Positions 30,914 to 45,595 of a stretch of DNA of 64,000 nt are shown one piece after another. The translations under genes and the position numbers were made by a program. The stretch is taken from assembly GCF_009914755.1 (NCBI RefSeq), contig NC_060935.1. One strand, given 5' to 3'. The DNA comes from the human T2T-CHM13v2.0 reference genome, Homo sapiens. How positions within the stretch are numbered: position 1 is the stretch's first letter; every line of letters begins with the position of its first letter. Below the pieces are notes generated by a model, which was not told the origin of the DNA, ran no database searches, and saw only the letters and a program-made list of their open reading frames with translations.

Positions 30914-31548
30914 TCAGGTCCTTGTGACTAAACCTGGGAGGCAAGGAGTGTTGAAAGATGGAAGCGGAGTGGTGGATAGGGGCCAGGTCTTAGAAGATCT
31001 CATTTTCCATTCAAAGAAGTACTTTATTGTGTAGGACGGGGGGATCATGGAGGAATTTTAAACTGGTTGGATTTGTATTTTAGAAAGGCAGCTCTGGCTA
31101 TGGTGTGCAGGGCAGATGCAAGACATCCCAGAAAGTGATGGGATTATGAAGTCCATGGATCCTCAAGTGGGGCCTTTAGAGAAAAAGATAAGGGGTGGCC
31201 TCAAAGAGAAAGTGAAACTGGCCTGGATCAGGCAGCAAGAGATACTAACGAGAAGAAAAAGAGGATGTCTTGGGGCTGAGATATGACCCCACCCCAATCC
31301 TGTAGCTCCCATCTTGAGCCCCTCTGTGTACCCCGGGTCTTCAGCTCACAACCCTAGAGTTCTTACCCCAGCTCCTTCACATACCCCCACCTGGGGATCT
31401 TTGAACTCCTCATTCCAACTTCACGCTCTCATGTCCTCCCCTCTGCTGGGGACGGGACCCTATCCGTGCCCACGCTGTGGAATCTGCAACTAGTGACTTG
31501 GAGCTGGGAGAATCCCCGGTTCCACTGTAAGTAAGGAGAAAGGTGTTC

Positions 31549-31863
31549 CTTTTTTCTTTTCTTTCTTTTCTTTTTTTTTTTTTTTGAGACAGAATCTCGC
31601 TTCATCGCCCAGGCTGGTGTGCAGTGAAGCAATCTCGGCTCACTGCAACCTCCATCTCCCGAGTTCAAGTGATTCTCCTGCCTCAGCAGGAGTATCTGGG
31701 ATTACAGGCGCACACCACTACACCCGGCTGATTTTTGTATTTTTAGTAGAAATGGGGTTTCACCATGTTGGCCAGGCTGGTCTCGAACTCCTGACCTCAG
31801 ATGATCCACCTGCCTTGGCCTCCCAAATTGCCGGAATTACAGGTGTGAGCCACTGCGCCCAGC
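31549..31863 (-). mobile_element. Alu
   Basis: Reverse dimeric Alu. Confidence 0.93.
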
Positions 31864-32229
31864 TACAAACGTGTTTTTTTAATCACAGGTAACTTCTTTT
31901 TCCACAGAAACATCATTACATGGTAGTTAGGCTGTAAGGTACTATTAGCACTGTTTTCAAGAGTTTTGTGAATAAAGTAGGTTTTGAAGACTTGACTGGG
32001 AAGCTGGACATCATCCGTATTATTTCTATAAGGACATGTATTCAGAACACATTTTCAAGGTGAGGACAGCCTATTCACTGCAGTACATATAGATTACCAG
32101 GGACTAAATTTAGCTCAAACACACTAGCTCACAAGAGAATCTTCCAGGTTGGGGTTCTTGCCAATGATGGGTTGTTGCTGAAAATGCAAGCTTTTGAGCT
32201 CAATTCTCACTCGGCAAGATTTAGAGGAA

Positions 32230-32450
32230 GCCATGGACCCATTCATTCCTAGGTTCTCATCTCTGTTCCCAATATCTCTTATGACTTGGACAAGTTATTA
32301 ATTCACCTGAGCCCTCATTTCTTCATCTACACAATCAGAATTATTCTTTCTTTTTGTAGACTTAGTGTGATGTTAAGTGAAATAATGTATTAAAACTACA
32401 GCTTAGTCCCTAGCAAAGAAGACATCAACTAAATGTTAGTTTCCTTTTCC
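32230..32450 (+). mobile_element. MIR
   Basis: tgacttggacaagttattaattcacctgagccctcatttcttcatct core. Confidence 0.7.
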
Positions 32451-33835
32451 TTTCCCCTTCTTTTAGTTAATTGAATTTATGTTTTACTGAGAAAAGTAGA
32501 GGAAAGTACTCCGACGACAGTGTGTGTCACCAGAAATCTAAGCGCATGGGAGGTCAGGGGAGAGGAAGGAAAATTTGCAATTGCTGCCTTCCCAGCCATC
32601 TTTCCAACTGGGGACATCCCCCTTCCTGCTTTCTATCAGGAATGTTACAATCTGTATATCCATTTTCTCAATCCAGCACTTTCAGCTTACATCTGACAAA
32701 TTCACAGAAGTGCTCTTTGTCCTTTAAGCTATTCCAGAAGCTAAAATGACTTAGAAATGAGCTATTTGTATAGGACAGCAGGTAGTCAAGGCACCAGACA
32801 GAGGGGATCATTATCCAGGTCATGGCCATTTGCTGGTCACGTCAAATCTTTTGGTTTCCAAGAGAATCGCCCTGAATCACATTAAAACTTGGAGGATTTG
32901 TAAAGATAATAGGCCCAAGCACCCTTCCTCTTCTCCTGACAGCTCTGTTGTAACTGAGTTCCGAATGCCAGGCATTGTCCATGCCATGAAATCTAGACAT
33001 CAGGCAGTCAGGGATCAAGGGATGGCAAACGGTATAAAAATATCTGTTGCAACCCACCACAAAATGACTGCTTCAGGAGTTTGCTGACAGCTAACTGTGC
33101 TGAGCTGAAGTAATTAACTCATGTGTTTGTTGTCACAGACAATCTGGGCATTGCTGCTTGACTGCTTCTAAGAAGGGGTTTATTTGGATTAAGTTTAGCA
33201 ACTGCAGAGCAAATTTCCTTCACTTGCTGTTCCACAGTGTTTGAGGCATTGTTTTTTGTCGTGTTTTTCAGTAACTTTCTCACACTTACACATCTGAGGA
33301 ATTTTCTGGAGAATAGCTCTGCAGTGGCCCCCACAGCAGGGTACCACCTTTCAGAGTTGAAACAGGTCCTCACTGAACAGTCAATGTCACTTCCAGTCGG
33401 GGCACACTGTGTCCCAAGTTTACAATTAAAAACTCTGCTGTCTTGAGAAGAACTGTGGTTAATTCCTGGTACAAACCTTGCATCAGGAGAGTCCTATGCC
33501 ATCTTCCACTAAAGCAATCAAGTGTGAACACCAGTGCAGAGGGGCTGGTCTGGCCTTAACAATCCTCAGATGGTGCCAGAGTCGGTAGATGCCAGCTCAT
33601 GTGCATCTTATACAAAGACTAGCAGCAAATCTCATCAAGGATTGGTTGAGAGCATGCCTGTATTTTCCAATTTGTTCCCCTTGTGTTTGGAGACTTAACA
33701 AGACTATCATTGTTGATTTACTTTTTTTTTTTTTTTTTAGTATTGTGTTACTATGACCTTTTAGTCTTGTAACAGCCATGGAGAGGTAAATCAAAGTAAA
33801 TTCTGGGGATTATTTTTACTATAAAAGACTTTTGA

Positions 33836-34059
33836 AGAGCCAGAAAGTAGATTAGTGGTTGCCTAGGGCTGGAGGCGGAGGGGGCAAAGGGAGTAACTGC
33901 TAATGGGGACAGGATTTCTTTTCAGGGTGATGAAAATGTTCTAAAATTGGAATGTGGTGATGTTTACACAACTTGGTGAATATACTGAAAACCATTGTAT
34001 TGTACAACTTCAAGTGGGTAAATTTTGTGGTATGTGAATTATATCTCAATAAGCTGCTA
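33836..34059 (+). mobile_element. 5'-truncated L1MB-type 3' end
   Basis: agaaagtagattagtggttgcctaggg...tgatgaaaatgttctaaaatt...ttatatctcaataag; TSD AAAAGACTTTTGA. Confidence 0.85.
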
Positions 34060-35051
34060 AAAAGACTTTTGATGGAGAGAGATCAAACAAAATTGCACCT
34101 CTGAGAACAAATCAAGATTACTTGCGCCAACCTTAAGTAAATCCAAGATTTTTCATTGCCAGTCACCCAGAACAAACTCCGTTAGGAGCCATCACCGTCC
34201 CTTGAGAAAGGTCCCGTTGCTATAAGCACTTCATCCATCCTGTAAAGGGATCAGCAGCACTTGGAGATCACCCTTTAGGCCACACTCTGTCCCTTCATAT
34301 CGAGGTGTAATACTAGACCCTGGCTCTGGTTTTCTGTGATAGCCAACATGTTTATTGGAGTTAATAGTAAGAACTGTGGCTGGAGAGTACTGGGCAATTA
34401 TTCATGCATCACAATGTGTCTTTTGTAAGTCAGTGGAATGATTAGAAGTTAAGCTGCTTCAGACTTAGGATGTGATTTGTGAGCACTGATCATTTCTTTC
34501 TCATCATCTTTGGACAAATTGGATTTATGACTTGGACATGAGCAGGGTTTTTTCCTTCCTTTTAATCATTGGTTTACTTTGGCAAATAGATAGTAATTCA
34601 GTGACTGCAAAACAACCATACAGATGGCATACGTGAGAGAAAGAACAAATTTGCAATTGTGAAATATAAGTTGTCTGAGTTCATTCACCTATTGAAAATT
34701 GGTAAAGGTTTTAAAATGTGAAAATACCCAGTATAATCAAGGTTTGGACAAAAAGAGCAATCTTGTGGCTCCATTGTTAGTGGAAGTGTTAATTGATGGC
34801 CTTAAACATATTCATTTTATTTCAATAATTCTATGGCTATTAACGTATCTCAAAGAAATAATCAAAGTAGCCCAGAAAAACAATGCTTACCCTAGGACAT
34901 CTTAAATGTTCAACATTTAGAGAAATAGCTAAACAGTCCAACAAAACTAGACAATAGAATGTTATGCATAAAACTCACATTTAAAAATATATATATACTG
35001 ACAGAAAAAATGTACTATAGTACTAAAATGCTTAGAAAAAATAAGAATTTG

Positions 35052-35433
<382 letters not shown>

Positions 35434-36363
35434 CTATCATGGTTTTGCTGAGTAGTGACTTCTGTTTTCTTAAAGGAGATGTATGATTTTGAAATACCCT
35501 TCAATGAACAGTGTGTCTTCTGCATACTTTAATGTTACTAATTTTTTAATGATTTTAGTTCAAAGCCTTCCTTAAGAATCTTGTTTTACTTTTTAGAATT
35601 AGAATTAGAGTATTGACCATAAATGTTTAACATTCTAATGGGGCAAATTCTATTTTACAGAACTTTGAATCCTTGTAGTGTAGAAGTGTTGCCTATGTAG
35701 CACATCATTTTGGCCCTTTTAAATTATTAATGCAACATAAAAGTGCTGAGATGTTAGGAATATTGCCTTCAGTGGGCAAGTAACACAATTACCATTTACA
35801 GTGATTTCTGAAATATGAGTTCATTCTTCTTACATACAATTAGTCCACAAGTGATTGCTAGCACTGGTGGTTCCACAGCTCAGAACATCAGAACCAGTAT
35901 TGTTGTGATTCTCCTTTTTCCTGGCTGCAAAATTGCTGCTGCAGCTCCAGCTCCAGGAATCACATCCTTACCAAGAAAGGGAAGGGAAGGGGCTACCACA
36001 GCCTTAAAGCTTTCCAAAATATACACTGTACCCCAGCAAACTTTTGCTTAGACTTCATGGGCAAGAGTTCAGTGCTGAGGAGAATGTTTGTCTTTTGAAC
36101 ATCTACAGTGGGAAGTGGCAGTGGAGAAGTGAATTGGGATGACTCTGGGTACTCAGTAGACCACAGTGAGTAGGACATGTTCTTGTAGTGGTTGATACAG
36201 TGTGTTTACACAAGTTCATTTTTAAGATTGGAGAGTTATATGCAATAATTATACCTAATATGAGAAAATGTCCTATTTTAAGTCTCTGGACGACCTCTGC
36301 TAAATTCTGTCTTAGAAAAGGGCAAGTTAGATGTATATCTTAGGACTTAGTACTTAACAGGAG

Positions 36364-36562
36364 CACAGCTGGTCGCGGTGACTCAGACCTGTAATCCCAG
36401 CACTTTGGGAGGCCGAGGTGGGTGGATCACTTGAGGCCAGGAGTTTGAAACCAACTTGGGCAACATGGTGAAACCCCATCTCTACCAAAAGTACAAAAAT
36501 TAGACAGTCTCATAACCTGGCCTCAAACTAAATAAATAGATAAAATTTTTAAAATGGAATAA
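36364..36562 (+). mobile_element. Monomeric Alu left arm with atypical 3' segment
   Basis: Left arm + ACAGTCTCATAACCTGGCCTC + A-rich tail; TSD TTAACAGGAG. Confidence 0.85.
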
Positions 36563-36843
36563 TTAACAGGAGATTTCAAAATTGATAAAAATCCTGTGCT
36601 TTGTCATTAACATATAGACAGGGACTAACATCCACAGTTAGGTACACAACAGCTGCTTCTTCAATGTGGCTGATTTTTCTCCATTTTAAGTAGTAACTTA
36701 CGTGTGCCTTAAGAAATTACTGTCATCCAACCACCTCTTTTATATCGTCTTTCCTATCCTTCCCAAAAAGGAAACCAAATTAAGTAACAAACTGAAATTT
36801 AAAAAGGATGTGAGTTCCCTGTAAGGGGAAGTAGCGAGTCTAA

Positions 36844-37172
<329 letters not shown>

Positions 37173-37762
37173 TAATTTTGAAAGCAGTGGTTTGGGGAAT
37201 ATCTTAATCTATCAGGAGACAGATAGGCAGTAGAATATTAGGGTTTTTTCCTGCCTATTATTGTGCTCAGGTGCCATAATCTAATCAGTCAGTTGTCTCA
37301 CTTTCTTGCTTTCTGTCCTTTTAAATGGGCAATACTAATAAGAGTTGTCATATTCAATTCTATGTGCCCTTCAAAATATCTGAAATCACACTGAATGAAC
37401 AATATGAGTTTCTTAGTGAGTCTTGCCAAGACTCTCAAACACTTACTTTTCTCTTGAATATTATAAATAGATTATCATTGTTTTTCCCTTAAAATTATCT
37501 TTTCCCCCCAATAATCAATAGCAAAACTTGAAAGGTTGCTACCTTCTTCACTTCTCTTCTGGATTGTCTCTAACGGGTAATGCTGTGACATCATTGGACA
37601 GGGTATTCTCTTTTTGAAGCACTGTGTTTATCTGGTGCATTTAGATACCTTCTTCCAGGGAAGTCATTTGGCCCAGTAAACTGTCTAAGACTGGACAAAA
37701 TGGTAATAGGAACAGTGGCAAAGTAATAACATATATGTTGTGTTAAAAACGTTAATAGCAAG

Positions 37763-37919
37763 GGCCAGGTGAAGTGGCTAACATCTGTAATCCCAGCGAC
37801 TCAAGAGGCTGAGGTGGGAGGATCACTTAAGCTCAGGAGTTCAAGCCCAGGAGTTCAAGTCTAGCCTGGACAACACAGCAAAACCAGGTATCTCCAAAAA
37901 AAAAAAATAAAATAAAAAA
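37763..37919 (+). mobile_element. FLAM-like Alu monomer
   Basis: Single arm, with CAGGAGTTCAAG repeated internally. Confidence 0.8.
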
Positions 37920-38233
37920 CATTCGTAAGAAAACAGGACATCACTAGCTTGAAAACTTTTATTTGTAATTTCAGAATTTTAAGTTTCTTTATTGCAGAAG
38001 TGGAAAAGTGAAAACATGTTAGCTAACCAGCTACGAATTACCAAAGAGACTATTACCAATAACTACCATGAAAATGGAAGCATTGTCAGGAAATGCGGCC
38101 ATTCTCTGACAGTGCACACAGGCTTTCATTATTTTCTTTCTTACTTTATGTGGCTATGACACCTTACAGGGTGTTAGGAGTCGGGGGACACACAAGTCCT
38201 TAAAAGAAACTGTTTCTGTGGTTGTATTTTTAG

Positions 38234-38347
<114 letters not shown>

Positions 38348-39082
38348 TGACTCAGCCCATCTGTCTGTTAGGAAACTTTATGAAGACGCCCCCCAGAATT
38401 AAACCCTAATTCAAATGTCTCACTCTGAATAGAGACCTTCTGAAATAATCTTGGTATAGAGACCCAGACACGTGCCTTTTGCCTTAAAATAAAAATATTT
38501 AGCCCGTGTTGTTTTATGTATCTGTCTTTCAGTTAGTTTTGAAGGCCCGCACGGAAAAGTGGGGCCTGTGCACCTGAAAAGAAATGTGTATGTTATGTGG
38601 TTGTTGGTCTTTCCTACTAGAGTTATCTTGATAATTGTGAAGAGTGGCCACAGAGAAGACACTTACGGGAAGAGTTTCCCAACCCCTGAAAAGTGCATCC
38701 ACTTTATTCTCTTTCCTCTAGTGAAAGGAGATCTTCATTTAATGTGTTTTAACTGCAGTTGCACTCAAGGCATAAAAAGAGAGTATAGTTCAAAGTTGGA
38801 AGCAAAAATGAAAATAAATTGGGTAAATGCAACAAAGAAGGTTCTGAATGTGATTTAGCCCCTGTTAAGGGAATACCGGGCGTGATATTGCAGTGATGTG
38901 CCTCCTCACAGAGAGACTATTTCAAGGAGAAACAATTAACTTAACCATTTCACTGCTGCCACCTTACTCAAGGTGATCCCATTGCTCCTGTACAGCTGAT
39001 AAGATACGCCCAGTATACTGAAACCAGGGCATCGCTTTAAATAGAGAGCAGAGAGAACTAGCAGCACCTGGATTCATCATAA

Positions 39083-39271
<189 letters not shown>

Positions 39272-39294
39272 TAAAAGGAAACTTTTATTATCGC

Positions 39295-39420
39295 TTTTTT
39301 TTTTTTTTTAATTAGCCACAGAGTCTTGCCGTCTTGCCCAGGATGGTCATAAACTCCTGGGCTCAAGCTATCCTCCAAACTAAGCCTCCCCAAGTGTTGG
39401 GAGAGGCACCACACCCAGCC
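39295..39420 (-). mobile_element. FLAM-like Alu monomer
   Basis: Reverse single arm with poly-T. Confidence 0.75.
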
Positions 39421-39533
39421 CGTTTTCTTGTAACTTAAAAAAAAAACCTTCCCATTTTTTTGGAACACAGGAGATGTTTTAGCTACTTCCATTCCTGTAG
39501 CTACCCATCATTCACAGATAGCAATGCAATAGT

Positions 39534-39546
39534 GACACACACACAG

Positions 39547-39578
<32 letters not shown>
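39534..39578. repeat. (CA)n microsatellite
   Basis: Directly visible. Confidence 0.95.
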
Positions 39579-39580
<2 letters not shown>

Positions 39581-40993
39581 TTGTAAAGTTAACCTTTGTT
39601 TTTCCTGAAGTTATTGTCTCCATGTCTTTTCTTCCAGGAATAGTATTTTAAATTTGTCACACATAAAAATTAAATAATAATGTGATTTCTTAAATGAGCA
39701 AGCTTCATCATCAATTTTATTTTGTATCATTAAATAAGCTTTAAGGCAGTTGTTGTCTTCTTGCTGCTTATATGTCAAAGAAAAGACATATAAACACTGT
39801 TTCTGTCAACTTCATTCCCCTACACTCTCCATAGGGATTGTAATATATAGGTTCCTCTATTGAAGAAAAATGATTTCATGGAATACAGAATGTTCTCCCT
39901 CTCAGATGGCATCAACCATCAGTTGTGATGTGAATGAAATATGTACACAGAGCTTTGCAGTACAAGTCTCTGCCTCAATTGATCTATCCAGTCCCTGTAA
40001 GGACACGGGACCCTTTGCATGAGGAACAAGAGATCCTTTGGTGCCTGCAGGAATTTGTACTTCATGTTCTCTTTCACAGACCATCATATTTTCTATTTAT
40101 TGCCTTTCTTCCTCAGACCTTGAAGACCTCAATCCACTTGATTGAGTTTCTATGGTGCTACTTTTTCTTTTTTCTCCAATCCATTTTTTTTTCATGAAGA
40201 GTTTCAAGGCAACAAACCTATAATTAGAAATATCTGTAGCATTCACCTACATGCACTGAGAAGTCTAGACTTTTCTTTTCTACATTTTAGAGGTTTTTTT
40301 TTTCCCCTTGCAGGACTGAAAGCATACAATCCATTTGTATTTCAGCTATCAACAACATCTTACTAAAATGCAAAACTGTTATAAAGGCAGGTTTAGGAAT
40401 CATATTTAGTGATCTCATTTTTATTGTAATGCCTTTCAGAACTGACATCACTGAGAAAAAGACTGCCTTTTTCAGCGTCTAGATTGCTATAGAAAGAAAA
40501 AAATTTCAACCTCAAATACTTTCTAGATCCTAGGAACAAGAATAGCTGGTATAATGATGGGAGCTCAAGTGTATGTAAACTACAGTGATGTCTTTGGTCT
40601 CAAGCTGTAACAAGTCTTCTTTGGATAGAAAGGTCTATTAATATCTCCTTAATAGAAGTTTGGTTTTACTAAGACTTCCGGAAACTAAGTAGACCAAACA
40701 CATAAGAAGGAACACTTGAAGGAAACTCAGTTTTATGACAAAAGCATCCAAAGGACACAACCGTATGTATTATTCTTCAACTCCTTTTTTTCCACAATAT
40801 ATTGTTTTGTGGCTAATGTATTTTGTTTAAACTGTGTGTTATATTGCATTATTTGATCTCCATTTCCACCAATGTCTTAGTAAGTTATAGTGATAGTCTC
40901 CATTTATATTATAAATAAACATTTCCTAGATTTAATTTAAGGAATCCAGGCTCACTTCCCATTTCAAATAAAATTTCATCTTTATGCGTTTAG

Positions 40994-41191
<198 letters not shown>

Positions 41192-41444
41192 ACAACATTT
41201 GATAGGAAGGAGACCAAAAATGGTCCAGGAATGAACGTGGAGAAAAGAAACACCAACCACCTTCTCTGCGTTGAGAGTAATGGCCTATTATTATCATCTA
41301 TCTGCCGTCCACGTTTGCTTTCTGCAGGATTTAAAATATGAGGCCCAATTGGATTATGGTGCCATATTTTACTTTCTAGGAAGAAAATTTTTTAAATTAT
41401 TTATTTTCAAATCAGTTAGAATTGGAGCTGAATAATAACTAGAG

Positions 41445-41450
41445 AATAAA
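41445..41450 (+). terminator. Proximal polyadenylation signal candidate for JHY (second AATAAA at 41533-41538)
   Basis: AATAAA about 250 nt after the stop, followed by a U/GU-rich tract (gcttttggttttatattg). Confidence 0.65.
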
Positions 41451-41698
41451 GCTTTTGGTTTTATATTGATCTTTTGATTTCTTCATCTCTACCCCATTCC
41501 TTAGCATAATGGAAACCTTAAAGTTACCCAGAAATAAATGTAGCTGTGTTTCTCTCTTACCTTCCTAGTAAGAAAAACAAGTATAAACACTTCAGTTTCT
41601 CCTAAAATGAACTCAGTCATCCATAAATTTTGTGATAACATTTCAAAATATTACTAAAATCTCCAAGTTTGGCAAAGGGCTTATATATATTAAGTTGA

Positions 41699-43545
<1,847 letters not shown>

Positions 43546-45589
43546 TAAAGTTGAAAAAAAATGAAGGTACATCTGGCTGTGCCTGCTCAGATAGAACAAA
43601 TCCTAATGTTGTTCTAACAGAGCATCAAGACATTAGTTAGAAACCCTCCAACAAGTCCAGAAACACCTAATGCAGGCAACTCTGAGAGACACACTTTATC
43701 AAAGCTCCTTACTCCAAGTACTTAAATTTGCTGGCCATTTTGCCATCACAAATATCTTAAAATATTGTCAAATGTGTGTTTTCACACACACAAAAATAGA
43801 TAAGACAAAAGCATTCCATAGTTTACTACTGAATACAAATGTTAATAAATATTTTTTAGTTTTTAAATCTTTTTTAATATTGCAAGAATTCCCAGTCTTA
43901 AAATCATTACTGGAGAGTTTAATTTTCTACTTCCTTCCTTACATTAGATGGACATTACATTTTTAGATAGGCATATCCAGAAGTGGATAATTTGAACATC
44001 AATTTGGGGAAAATCTGTTTATCTATACGTGTGGTGTAAGGACTAGCTTTGGAAATTACTCCTATGTTGTATACATTTTACATATACCAAAATGTAGCAT
44101 AAAAGATGCCTGTATGAAACCTTCTCTTAAAACTGAAAGCAGTTAGAATTGAGAGTCTGCAAAGATAACAAGTATCTGAAGATAAACAGAAAACTGGTGA
44201 ATCATGTTTCAGTGGGATTTGGAAAATGTAATATATGAGGCATTAGACAGGAAAATCACAGGCCAAAACTACTCCTAAAATGTATTTATAAGAGAAAAGG
44301 CCCTTCTAGGTGCATGAAGACATTTCTAGAAATATGAGGTAGAATGAATAACCTTCATTAATTGTTTCCGAAATGGCCTTAAATTCGAACTTAATTTGGA
44401 AGAGAAAAAGAATGCATATAGAGACATTCATATTTAAAGGGATAGGGTAAAATTTTTAAATATTCCATTTGTATTATCTTAAAATAGTTTAGAGCTTGGA
44501 AAGTTTGTCACATTCAACTGCCAGTTTTTCAGAAGATGAAATGGAGGTGAAGAGAAAGGTTACATGACTCGGAAGTCCATCAGTCCTACTGAGAGTAATG
44601 GGAGGGGAGCCAGGTCTGAATCTCCCATCTTTGAACACCAGGAATAGTACTTTTTATTTGTCTATGGAAAGAGGTTGTCCTTGTTTCTCTGTGTGGATGA
44701 GCAACATATAGTTGCTATGAATTTCTATTTTGGACCTGAATTTCCACCAAGTTCAATTTTTAGAAATATGCATTACTATGTACCTAATAGTTTTTTTAGC
44801 ATGTACAATCTGCCAACTTCCTTACAACATTGATAAAAGTAGAATACACATATAAAGCAACTCAAACTTAGAAACTGACCAATAAAAGAGACACTATTTA
44901 TTTTCTTTTTTTTTTCCAGAACATTTCAAAAACTTCCCATACTGTTTTTCTGTTAGCTTAAGCGTTGTTAAATCCTTCACTTTCACACCTACTGTCAAGA
45001 ACCCAAATTTGGCTGAAGCAGCTTAAGTGATTCAGTTCACGTCAAACAACATTTCACAGGATTCTTACCCCCAAAGCAACTCTTTACTATCCAGTACATA
45101 AGACTCTAGAACATTAAAATTCTTTATATAGTGCCATGTGGCATCTAAAATAACTTTGGCTAGGAAATAAAACATATTTGCAGAAAGTTTGGGGTTGAAA
45201 TCAAAGAATGGATCAAAGTGGCCCTTCATTTGGCTCCACGTCATCTCACAATAGTGAAATACAGCAGAATGTCACTAAACTACCATAAAACTAAGGGGAG
45301 AGACTTTGCAAAAACAGGGAGTGACAGACACGTTTTTTGCTCCTGTTTTAAAGTAAATTGTACTAATGACAACAATAGTGATCTTTTATAGGCCCAAGTT
45401 GGATCAGTGATCAATTTATAGCATTTCTGTTTCAAATATTCAAAAGCAAAAAGTAATCTGCCAATTAGAAAACAAAAAACTTCAAACTTAAGTGATGTAA
45501 TGATGGAGCACCTGTATTTGACTAGATGTTATATACATGCCATTGAAAGACATAGTACCTAATCTGCCTAATGTCTATAAACTGGTGCA

Positions 45590-45595
45590 AATAAA
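45590..45595 (+). terminator. Distal polyadenylation signal candidate for a long JHY 3'UTR
   Basis: AATAAA, then ATTAAA and a GU/U-rich element (ttaattgtgtttttcc), at the end of a unique AU-rich stretch. Consistent with my unverified recollection of a long JHY 3'UTR. Confidence 0.45.

Noticed and set aside
33858-33871. RFX X-box-like GTTGCCTAGG
   Set aside because: Half site only and part of the L1MB consensus.
38543-38567. Small hairpin AGGCCC-G-CAC/GTG-GGGCCT
   Set aside because: A 9-bp stem is expected by chance; matches no RNA family I recognise.
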